From Hyaloraphidium curvatum SAG 235-1 (Eukaryota; Fungi; Monoblepharomycota): 64,000 bases of DNA. The position numbers and the translations under genes were made by a program. The DNA is taken from the NCBI GenBank assembly GCA_025558095.1, contig JAIVFI010000010.1, forward strand, positions 248,001 through 312,000, in the 5' to 3' direction. This document shows, piece by piece, positions 48,971 through 59,360 of this stretch (position 1 is the stretch's first letter; each line of letters starts with the position of its first letter). Below the pieces are notes generated by a model, which searched no databases, was not told the origin of the DNA, and was given only the letters and a program-made list of their open reading frames with translations.

Positions 48971-50636
48971 ATGACGACGGCGTTGACGCGGCTCGGCCTC
49001 CAACGCGCCCCGCCGCCGGCACGCGACCTCCCGGCGGCACCCGCCCCGGCGCCCGCACACGCCGCGGCCGGGCCGCGCGAGCCGGATTTCATCTTCCCGG
49101 ACTCGCCGGCGCTGCCCGCCGGCCTCGGCGAGGACTCGCCCACAACCGCCGTCGACGATGGCCAGCTGCCCCCTTCAAAGATCGCGTTCCGCGACCCGCC
49201 CGGGATCGGCGGCCGTCCGCTGCGCGCCCTCGATGCCGCCCTGGCGGAGGAGCTTGTGCTGGCCGCTGAGGCCCGCCACAACCGCTCCGTATCTTCGAAC
49301 TCGTCGGCCTCCAACAAGTCGGCGAGCTCCACCGGCAGCGGCCCGCTTCCCCAGATAAGGGTGCAGCCGAAGCAGCGTCGCTTCGGGCCCGGTCTGGTGC
49401 ACTACCAGCTGCTCAGCAACATAGGTGGGAGGGGGCCGGTTGTGAGGCTTCTTGCCAGTGGCCAACGCTTCACCAGGCGGCGTCGAGGACATCTCCTTCC
49501 TCTTCTACGGCCGGCACATCCCCACCGGCGACGAGGTCACCCTCAAATACACCGACCTCGGCATCTCTTCCACACCCGAGCTGCTGGACAGCATGATTGT
49601 GGGCGCCCCTCGCAAACCTTGCCGAGTTTCGGCTAATCCTGCTACCGCTCCGATAGGCCAGCATCCGGAACGCCTTCCTCTGTCAACACGAATACATCCT
49701 CCCTTACCTCTGTTCCTATGTCGAAGATGGCTGCCTGTGGACGGTCTCGCCGCCCGTGCGCGCGGGCTCGTGCCGCAGCCTGCTCGAGGAGCACTTCCCC
49801 GGCGGGTTCGGGGAGGTCACGGTCGCCACCATCCTGCGCAAGCTGCTCCTGGCGCTGTCGTACATGCACGATAACTCGATGGTACACAAGTGGGTCCGTG
49901 CTAAGCCTCGTCTTGTGCTGCGGACCAACGCGCCCGCGCCCCAGCGACATCCGCGCCGCCAACATCCTCATGGACATCACCGGCGAGATCCGCGTCACCG
50001 GCCTGCACTCCGTCTCGCACCTCCAGGGCCCCGGCCACCTCCGTCGCACCGCCTTTTCCCCGCCCGGCTCCAGCTTCGAGCACGCGGCCCCCGAGATCCT
50101 CGCCCAGGCCGACGTCCACGACGAAAAGGCCGATCTGTATGCCGTCGGCATTACCGCGCTCGAGCTGGCGTACAACAGGACGCCGTTCGACGGGTGGCCG
50201 CCGCTCAAGGTGCGCCGAGCTCGCAGCACGATTGGGCCAGCCCGCGGTCCGCTCATTCTTCCGATCCCCGGCAGATCCTGCTGTGCAAGATGAAGTACCC
50301 CTGCCCGCCGCTGGCCACGGGCAAGGAGATGCCCGCCGAGTTCCACGACTTTGTCGAGCAATGCCTCCAGCGCGACCCCTCCAAACGGTGAGCCGCGCCC
50401 GTCCATGGTCCCCTCCCATGCCCACCCGCTGACCTCCCCGCAGCCCCTCCGCCCGCGCCCTCCTCAACCACCCCTTCCTCCGCGGCGCCAAGGGCAAGAG
50501 CCACCTCGAGAAGCACGTCGTCCGCCCCACGGGCATCCGCGAGCGGCACGAGCGCGCCGCGCGGGCGCACAAGGAGGAGGGGAGGAGGAGCCCCGGCAGG
50601 GAATCCGGGAGCCCTTCGAGGCCGCCTACGGCGTAG
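48971..50636 (+). CDS. STE20-family pseudokinase, STRAD-like, multi-exon
   Basis: HPNILPY..SYV....LW.V.P, GSCRSLL, ATIL, HNDIRAANIL, TGL in place of DFG, AAPEIL and ADLYAVGITALELA. Confidence 0.75.
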
Positions 50637-50659
50637 GCGGCCCCTGTATCGCTTTGAAC

Positions 50660-50880
50660 ACGCTGCGTCCGCAACAACGCACGATGCCCGGGAACGGTGA
50701 ACAGGACCGTCCGCTTTCCGCTGAAGAAATTGCGAATCTTCACGAGCGCATGTCCCGCCCTGTTCCAAAAGTACAGAAGATTAGAATCGATGGCATTTCG
50801 GGGTGTAGCACGGGTCCTTGCCATCATTTTGGTCCGCCGAGACCGAAACCGTTGCCTCAAGTGGCACCAGCTTCAAGGCA
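50660..50880 (-). pseudogene. Decayed inverted duplicate of the 5' part of the PRX5 gene
   Basis: The reverse complement reads VKIRNFFSGKRTVLFTVPG versus PRX5 VKTRDFFKGKRTVLFAVPG; flanking intron sequence is also similar, and indels are present. Confidence 0.75.
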
Positions 50881-50982
50881 AAGGATGGCAACGGCACAGG
50901 AATAGTCGCCGGCCCATGTGAAGCCGGAAAGGCGCTCCCAAGCAGCTCCCGGCGGCCATCGATCACACCATTGCTGCACAGG

Positions 50983-51523
50983 TCAGCCCCACGCGGGGGT
51001 GAGGCAGTAATTCACCACGAGGTCGCCCTTCGAGTCGCGGAAACACTGCCGCAAAGTCAGCAGGTGAGGCAAGGCACGAGAAAGGGGACCTACCCTGTGG
51101 AGGTTGCCGATGTCCTCGTCCGGCGACGGGGCAAAGGCGCTGTTGACGTACAGGAACTATTCCCCGGTCGGTACCGCGTTACAGAGCTACGACGGAAGGC
51201 AGGAACCAACCAAAGCATCGTTGGGCCCCACGCCGAGCTGCTTGCGCACGAAATCGGCCACCGTACCGAACCGGTGGGAGGCAGCGATCCGGAAGAAGGA
51301 CTGCTTGAGGATCGGCGCGTTTCCCGTGGGGCGGAGGTGCACGACGACTGGTTCGGGCGGTCAGCATGCGCGTCTTTCGGGGCCGTAACGCGTGGCGCGG
51401 CGGACCTTTGGGGGGCTGCGAGGGTTGCGGAGGGTTCGCGGTGCCGCCCGCGGGGAGGAGCGGGGAGGCCACCGGCGGGGACGAGGAGACGTCGGCATCG
51501 ACGAGAGGTGTCGGAGAGGCCAT
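50983..51523 (-). CDS. ATG12: Ubiquitin-like autophagy protein Atg12 (4 short exons, missed by the ORF track)
   Basis: Spliced product MASPTP...K|[25 protein letters not shown]|[14 protein letters not shown]|CF...[12 protein letters not shown]. Confidence 0.9.
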
Positions 51524-51825
51524 TCCAGGATCGGAAGAGGGGAATAGACGCGTCTGCGTCGTTCTCACGCGCGCTCTTGATTGGCCGCCGCCGGCCGTGA
51601 TCGGGAAGCGCGCATGCGGATCGACGCGTGATCAAACATTGGCTATACCGGCGAGGGGGCCAAGCGGCGCCAAGCGGCGTGAAACTGCTCCATCAACCTT
51701 GCAGGTGCGTCCTTTACATGATGTTCCATGCGATTGTGGAGAAAAGCGCGGCGAGGATGAGAAAACCGAGACATTTGCACGTCAGTCTTACGAACAGGAT
51801 GACGAGCCAGAGTTATACCCAAATT

Positions 51826-51887
51826 GATGAGCCAACACTACCTTGGGCTATCTGGGACCGTCGGAGGACGTGCTGGATTGGCTCTGA
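51826..51887 (+). ncRNA. Candidate box C/D (kink-turn) small RNA
   Basis: TGATGA-gccaa ... ttggct-CTGA gives perfect C/D pairing with an extended stem, in a gene-free interval. Confidence 0.35.
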
Positions 51888-51956
51888 CATTCCGCGCCTT
51901 CCAGGACACACACTTGATGATCAATTGTTTCAGACAAGCGCCACGAATACAATACT

Positions 51957-53969
51957 TCACACTGCCTTCACGACGCGCGGCCTCGTGGCCTCCGTGGATC
52001 GGTGCGGCACGCCGCTAGAAAGGCGCGGCGAGCGGTCGTCCGGGTCAGCTGCGGGCGCGGGATCGCGCTGTCTGACCGTCGACGACCCCGTGCGAACCGT
52101 TGAAGACACCGTGCGCCTGTCTTCGTCCTCGCGCGGCCTGTCGCCATCCAAGCCCGAAAGCTTCGTCATGTCCGAGAGCCGATTCGACCCGCTCGGCGTC
52201 CGCTTGCGCCCGCCGCCAAGCACACCGCCAACAAAGCCCAGGAGGCCCGATGGGACGCGCTTCAGCATCTCGAGCGGATCCTGCGCCTTCCTCGCCCTTT
52301 CCTCCATCATCTGCTGGTGTCTGTCAAAGGGGACCGAGTTACAAAAGAAAACGCAATCCGCACAATCTTGAACTCACAACTTCCTGTCCCGATACCAAAC
52401 GCGCCACGACCAGTATTCGGTCCTGCGCGAGTTGGCGTCCCCAAAGCGTTGCGACAGCCGCGAGTAGTTTCGCCAGGTGTCGATGACCTTTCCGACTTGA
52501 GCGACAACCACGGCGCCGCTCGTGATTCCGAACTCTTCCCTCGCGATGAGCGCCTGGTTCCGCATGTCCACGTCCTCTCCCATCCCCTCGGCATCGGCGA
52601 GTTCCTCCGCGCCCAAGACGCCCTTGCTGGAGGGCTGCGCAAAGTCTCGCAGGCTGCCGAAAGACTGAGAACGCTTGAGCCGGCGCATGAGCTTTTGGCG
52701 CGTGTACTGCGCCTGGAAGCGGCGCTTGATCCCCTCCCCCATGGTCTGCTGCCCCGTCTCCATCAGCTTCTCCCGCTTCTCGCGCGCGGGGCCGCCGTGC
52801 TTCATGTAGCCGTCCCAGGACAGGTTCTTGAGCCCGGCGCGGTTCGAGATGTCCGTCTTGACGCGGTACGCAAAGTCGGTGACGGACTCGTTTGCCCGGC
52901 GCGTCGTCGGAGGCAGGTACCAAACGTCGGCGTCCAGCCCCCAACGCGTCATCAGATACAGGATGTGCGAAACGAAGGTCTGCTCCCGCGTGTGCCTGTT
53001 CAAACTGCGAATGAGACAACTGGGACCGGCCAAGAAGAAGTCTGTCGACGCACCAGTACGGGTCAAGCCTGGTCTTGTCGTACTTGATGGCGACCGGGCA
53101 GACGTAGGCACCGTCGTATTCGAAGGCGCCCTTGTGGAAAAGAACCGTCGCTTCGTTCGACACGCAAGTGCCCTCGGGAAAGATGAGCAGAGGCGAGCGG
53201 CCGGGGTCGTAAACGTGCTCCCTCATCCTGCAAGGCCGGACCAGTCAGAGCAGTCGGCAACGATGAACCGGACCCGAGCCCACTTTTTCACGAGCGCGAT
53301 GCGGTCGTTCTTGATTTTGCGCTCAAAGACCAGCGACCCGTTGAGCCGCAAGATATACTTCTGGAACCATCCCATGAGGCCCCCTTGCTTCTGCATGATG
53401 ACCGCGTGCGGGAACTCGTGCGAAGAGAGCACGAGAAAGTCGATGAAGGAGGTGTGGTTCGAGACAAAGAGAGAGGGCCTGTTCTTCAGCAGCGGTTTCT
53501 CTCCGTGGAACCGGATGCTGGAGCCGAAGGACCGAACGAAGCCTTTGCAGTAGAAGGTGAAGAGCCATCTTTCGCCGGCTTTGGATCCGGCCAGCAAGAC
53601 GAACGGCAGCATGAGGAAGAAGAGGAGCGTGTGTCCAAGAAGGATGATCATCCGCCACGGGAACAGTATCACGTAGCGGATGATCCAGGAGCCGACGACG
53701 AGGGGCAAATCGGGAGTCCAGCGGTCCACCCAGCGGCGAGGCTTGGGCTGGAAGCACGCCGTGAACTGGTCCTGCACGATGGCCTGCGCCGCAAACGACA
53801 TGAAGGCCAGGCCATCTTCGAGCGCAAACACAGGCGAGGCTTGGGTCCGCGTGTGGGAGCGCTCGATGGTCGAGTGGAGCTCGGACACGGTGTCGCGGCC
53901 AAAAACGGCGGGCTCGGGGGGAGTAACGGCATCGGCGGTATAGCCGCCTCGGAGACGCGGCGAGTCCAT
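51957..53969 (-). CDS. Glycerol-3-phosphate acyltransferase, GPAT3/4 (GPAT9) type
   Basis: VSNHTSFIDF (HxxxxD), FER, LLIFPEGTCVSN, FHKGAF, PVAIKY, MTRW and WDGYMK. Confidence 0.88.
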
Positions 53970-54170
53970 CGTGCCGCTGATCAGCAGGGGGGCATGGTTG
54001 CGTGTTTCTTTACAGACGCCACGAGACCGCCGGGCACGACGCCGCGCCAGACCTTTGAGGCAATGATTCAGCTATATTGCACAACTAGAACGCATCGACA
54101 ACGGCGGCCGACCGTACATGATGATTCCACAGGATGATCAAACCCACACAAATCGTCCATCAAGTGTGCC

Positions 54171-55733
54171 TCACATAACCAGGCAACGCCGGCTGAACGG
54201 GGAAGAACCCCTAGCCAGGCTCTCCACGAGGGGCTCCAGAAAGTCCATGCGAGCCTTGAGACTCGTCATCTGCAGCAGCTGGAGTTTGACTGTGCGGCTG
54301 TGAGCGGTCCGACGGGAAGAGGCGCCAGCCAGGACCAACTCACGGGACTCCTCGTTACTGAGAAGCACGTTTGCGAGGAACCAGCCGAAATCCTCATCAT
54401 CTTCCGGTATCTGGCCGTACTGCGACTCGAAGTGCCGCCGCTCGAGATTGCTCAGCGAACCCAGGAGCTCGCCGATCCGGCCGCGGCAGTTCCTGATCTT
54501 TGCCGCGAGCGCCTGTGCCGAATCGGCAGCGTTGGTAGCCGGGGCCGGGCTAGCTTCTTGCTCGTCGTCGTCCGAAGTCTCCCACTCCTCCTCGGTCGCG
54601 GTCGACCGCTTGGTGACGACCTCGTCCGTCTCGTCCAAATCCTCGATTCTCTTGACGATGCCCGTATGGTAATTGTCCTGCATGCCCCGTTCCAGGACGC
54701 GGAAACGGTAGACCCCGTAGCAAGTCACCAGGAACCGCGGCAGGCCGTTGATGGTCTCGGTCGGGTTGAAAGGCTCGATGCTGCGAATCTCGAGCATGGT
54801 GCCGTACGAGGAGAAGCCGTCCCTGGTGTGAACGGCCATTCCGAAGCGCTTGTTCCCTTGCATGGCGCGATGCATCATGAGGCGGTACCTGCGAATTGTG
54901 TCAGAAGCTTTCTATCCGACGGGAAGATCTCGTACTCACCTGGGCTCGAAGATGTGCAAATGAGTAAAAGTTTTGGGGAAGCATAGGTTGCAAACGAAGA
55001 TCGGAACGAAAGCGTCGGAGCTGGTCAGGCTCCTGTGGACGAAGAGCTCGCGCTTCTGGTGCTCTTCGCGATGCAGCCCCTCTAGCAGCTCCGTGAAGAT
55101 GGCGTTGGCGGGGCGGTGGTAGAAGTGGCGGTACTTGGGCAGGGCCCCCCTGCAAGTCGGGCAAAGGCCTGCGGTTCCGTGATCGATGGCCGCCAGAAGG
55201 CATTCGCGGCACGCTAGGTGGCCGCATGGAGCAGTTATGGGATCGACGAGCAGCTCGTAGCAGACAGGACACTCCAAAAGGCTGTTCGAAACGGCCTCTT
55301 CGGAGAGCACCAAGTCCTTGTCACCCTGCGGAAGCACTTCGAGCACGCGCCTCAGCTGGACGTCGACCCTCTCCTTGCGGTAGAGGTGCCGCTCGTAGGG
55401 GCAGTCTTCCGCCGGGCACTTGTAGTACACCTGCGCGGAACCGACGTCGACGACCAGGCCTGCCGAGGTCAGGCTCGAGAAGCTGCCCATACGCGCCGGA
55501 GCGGTCGTGACGGGACTTCCGACGGGCGCATCACATGTCGGCGATGTCGACAGAGGGGTCTCGCTGACCGGAGACTCCGTGCTCGGAATCTCCGCGGCGC
55601 GGCTCTCCAGGACAATCCGCTTCAAACAGGCGCCGCATACAGAACGGCCGCAAGGCAAAGTCACGGGGTTTGCGAGCCTTTCGGTGCAAGCATGGCACTC
55701 GAACAGCTTGAGGGTCGGCCTCGAGTCCGCCAT
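54171..55733 (-). CDS. LON peptidase N-terminal domain and RING finger protein (LONRF-like E3)
   Basis: Two RINGs (CHAC..PVTLPCG.SVC and CPVC..PITAPCGHLACREC) followed by LHIFEPRY.LM and YGTMLEI. Confidence 0.9.
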
Positions 55734-55862
55734 CGCGTCTGGGGGATGCGAATCCGGATCGGGGTGATGAGCGTGCTCGATCGCGCCGAGAGCCGACCCG
55801 GTCCATCTCAAAACTCGCCTGCGATTGCACCTTCTTTCGGCGTCCTCCATCAGTTGATCGCG

Positions 55863-56578
55863 ATGATTGCCGTCGGCGACCAAATTCCGGAGGTATGCTC
55901 CGTCGTGCGCGCATTGGGCCTCCCGCTGAAGCCGTCTCCCACCTGCTAGGCCACGCTGATGATTTCGGGCAACCAGAATGATGGTACAAATCTCTGTTCC
56001 GCGTGAGATGCCACAATTCTGACTTGCTATTCCGGAACAGGGCAGGACGTGTGCTCCACGCCGAAGGCGGTGAAGACGCGCGACTTCTTCAAGGGGAAGC
56101 GGACGGTCCTATTTGCCGTCCCCGGGGCATTGTGCGTTGCTCGACGCGGCATCTCTGAGGCGCTGACCTCTGTCGACTGTGCCAGCACCCCGCTGTGCCA
56201 CATCCAGCACCTGCCCAGCTTTCTCAAGAACTACGACTCGATGAAGGCCAAGGGCATCGATCAGATTGCCTGCGTCAGCGTCAACGACGTGAGCCCGACC
56301 ACCGTGCGCTTCTTCTCTCTTTGATTCGCTCGCCCGGGTAGATTTTCGTTATGCACGCGTGGGGCCGGGCGGAGAAGGTTGGCGACAAGATCACTATGCT
56401 CGCGGATGGCAGCGGGGAGTTCGTCAAGAAGCTCGGCCTCGCCGCTGAGATCAAAACCTTCGGTCTACGCAGCCAAAGATGGGCCATGATTGTCGACGAC
56501 GGGGTGGTCAAGTACGTCGGCGTGGATCCAAAGGGCCTGGAGAAGTCGGGAGGCGAGGCTGTCCTTGCCAAGCTCTAG
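55863..56578 (+). CDS. Peroxiredoxin-5 (Ahp1/PMP20 type) with PTS1-like C-terminal AKL
   Basis: MIAVGDQIP, VLFAVPGAFTPLC (spliced), HLP, VSVND.FVM.AW, LADGSGEF, RSQRWAMIV and terminal AKL*. Confidence 0.92.
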
Positions 56579-56711
56579 GAATACAGCGATTCGGCGGTTG
56601 TCCTGTCGCTGCGTTTCGCGCGTTCGCCCACCGTGGGCTGCTAGTCCGGTGGCGAAGGCAGCAAGGGTCGTCGCGTCACGCCTGCCTGCGTTCGAACCTC
56701 GCATTGACGCG

Positions 56712-58117
56712 ATGCGGTTGCTCAAAAAGGCGATAGAGAAGGATAAGAGCGGCTTCGTGCAGCTCCTACCGGAGGAGAGCGAGGATATGTGGCGTGAGTC
56801 GCCGGACGGACGCGACTCTGGAGCTCCCGGACGTTCTAAGCGTGGCTGGACCGTGGTCCGGGCCTTTCGTCGTGCTCCAGACATCTACAACATCCTTCAG
56901 ATCGGGGACCAGCTCCGTGCTTCCACGCTGCGACGCGTGGTCACCGAATCCGCGTCCGGGGCAACGGACAAGTCGACGGTCCGCACGACGCTGACCATCC
57001 GGGTGACCAAGGTGGACTTTGACGTGCAGGGCATGATGCTGCGCGTCAACGGGCGCAACATCGTCGAGAACAAATGGGTCAAGCTGGGGCAGTACCACAC
57101 CTTGGACCTGGAGCTCAACCGGAGCTTCATGCTGTACAAGGCCGAATGGGACATGATTGCCCTGGACACCATCGAGGAGGCAACGGACATCACGAAGCGG
57201 GCAGAGATTGCCGCCATCGTGATGCAGGACGGGCTTGCCAACATCTGCCTCGTCATGGAGAGCCTCACTATAACACGGCAGCGGATAGAGACCTTCATCC
57301 CGAAGAAATGGAAGGGGACGACGAGCGGCCACGACAAGGCGCTGGTCAAGTTCTTTGACCAGGTGTACCAGGGGATCCTGCGGCACATCAACCTGGCGAT
57401 AGTCAAGGTCGTGATCATCGCCAGCCCAGCCTTCGTCAGGGTAGGCTCCACGTGACTGAGCTCAGCAGGGAACGAGTGCTGATGGATCGTTTCCAGGAAC
57501 GGATGTTCGAGTACATCCTCTCCGAGGCTACCCGGACCGACAATCGGCTCGTGCTCGAGAACCGGTCCAAGTTTGTGCTGGTCCACTGTTCTTCGGGACA
57601 CAAACAGGCCTTGCGCGAGGTGCTTGCGGACAAGGCGATCCAGTCGAAACTTGCGGACACGCGATATGCGCGGGAGAGCCGGGCGCTGGAGTTGTTTTTC
57701 CGGACCCTCAACGACGTTCCGGAGAAGGCGTACTACTCGTACAATCACGTGAGGCTGGCGGCCGATCTGGGTGCCGTGGGGACGCTTCTCGTGACGGACG
57801 CTCTGTTCCGATCTGCGGACATTCCGACGCGGAGAAAGTATGTGCAGCTGGTGGAGGACGTGCGGAACTCGGGCGGCGAGGTGATGGTGCTCTCGAGCCT
57901 GCACATTTCCGGGGAGCAGCTGCAGAGCGTGTCGGGCGTCGCGGCCATCCTCAAGTTCCCGATGGAGGAACCCGAGGAGGGCTTTGTGGAGGAGGAGATG
58001 CCGCAGGCCCAGGACTACGACAACATCGAGGACGAGCTGGAGGCGCTAAAGACCAGCAACAAAATGAGCAAGGGCCTCATCGACGATGTTTGGGCGGATG
58101 ACGATAGAATGATGTAG
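56712..58117 (+). CDS. DOM34: Pelota/Dom34 ribosome rescue factor
   Basis: PEESEDMW.IYN, GQYHTLDLELNR, IIASPAF, SSGHK.AL.EVL, LLVTDALFRS and SSLHISGEQL..GVAAILKFP. Confidence 0.96.
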
Positions 58118-58229
58118 CCGGGGTGTTGGTTCCCTATGGTGACATGCTCTTAGACGTCAGACCATTTGGGCCAGAGACGTGGTACCTTCTCTTTAGTCCA
58201 GTGGTCTAACACGGGGCTCTGCAACAACG

Positions 58230-59258
58230 TCAGCTACCTTCCCTCGTGACCCCGTCCCTGATCGAACTGTGGCCTACGAGCTCCGTGTCGGCTGCCTGCG
58301 ACAACACCGGCGGCTCCATCCACCAGATGCCGAGCCCGTGACCCTGTCCTTGCCGCCAGTTGTAGTCCTTTGTCTGGTCGTCCATCATGTGATCAATCGG
58401 TAAGGACAGGGGTAACCGAGAGATCATGTCCAGCGCACCCGAACGCGAGACGACGTAGGCATGGGTGCACCGGGCTTTGAATGCCCTGAACACGCGGGGA
58501 TTGGAGAGGGAGACGTTGTAAAGATCGAGGATGACATTGAGCGACGCCCCAATGGGAGGCTTTCCCGGTGCAGGCTCGGGGCCGTGAACATTAAAGCAGG
58601 AGCCGGGGAAGAAGAGCGAGTAGTTGCTCGGCAGCCAGCTGCCTGCCCGCACCATCGATGTGAGCGCGGCGCGGAAGTCCGCGGCCACAAACGCCTTCAG
58701 CTCCGGATCGACAGCGACGTCGTCTTCCAGGATCAGCGCGTTCTTTAGTCCCCTCTGCAAAATGTCCCAGTAGATGGCATAGTGCTTCGCGCCTAACGAC
58801 ACTTCGCCGGCCGCGAGCTCGTACCACGTATCCCGGGGCGGAATCGCACCTAGCCGACCGTCTGTCGAGTTCGGTCCGGGGGCCAAACACCGCCGGTCGT
58901 GGGCAGTCAATGCTTCCCTGTCGAAGCCAACGACGAGCTCCGGTGCCGGTTGAATCCCAGCCAAGATTGTTCGCAGATAGTCTCGCCGCTGCTTGAGCGG
59001 AGAGTAGTGTGCGACGTAAATCGCTTCGGGGAAAGCAGGGGCCTGTCCGCGACCCTGGTCCGGGAACAAAGGGACGAAAACTTTGTCTCTCGACGGGCGG
59101 TCGAAGATTTCGAGGGCGCATTTCAGGAACGGATTCGACAGGGCAGCTCTGTAGACGCGACCCCGAGGCGGAGACATGTCGTCCCGTCCGTGCCAGATCC
59201 AGCCCGTCAGCGAGGCAAGCAAAATCAGCAACAGCAGAGGTCTCCTGTGCCGCGACAT
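58230..59258 (-). CDS. GT25-like glycosyltransferase, type II membrane protein, intronless
   Basis: N-terminal TM, SLGAKHY, ALILEDDV, CTHAYVVSRSGA and LPIDH. Confidence 0.75.
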   Translation of the reverse strand: MSRHRRPLLLLILLASLTGWIWHGRDDMSPPRGRVYRAALSNPFLKCALEIFDRPSRDKVFVPLFPDQGRGQAPAFPEAIYVAHYSPLKQRRDYLRTILAGIQPAPELVVGFDREALTAHDRRCLAPGPNSTDGRLGAIPPRDTWYELAAGEVSLGAKHYAIYWDILQRGLKNALILEDDVAVDPELKAFVAADFRAALTSMVRAGSWLPSNYSLFFPGSCFNVHGPEPAPGKPPIGASLNVILDLYNVSLSNPRVFRAFKARCTHAYVVSRSGALDMISRLPLSLPIDHMMDDQTKDYNWRQGQGHGLGIWWMEPPVLSQAADTELVGHSSIRDGVTREGS

Positions 59259-59360
59259 CTCGACGCATCGCTCCCACGCGTCTTGAGTTTGAAGTCGATC
59301 GCGCCGCGTCCCAAACTCACCCGCGATCGATTGATCGCGCAGTCCACGTCGCGGTCGGAG

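Noticed and set aside
51798-51890. SECIS-like ATGA...GA stem (some early-diverging fungi use selenocysteine)
   Set aside because: No upstream plus-strand gene with an in-frame TGA was found, and the loop geometry and apical AA do not fit; a box C/D reading fits better.
56186-56200. Possible selenocysteine at the PRX5 active site
   Set aside because: The peroxidatic residue is encoded by TGC (Cys).
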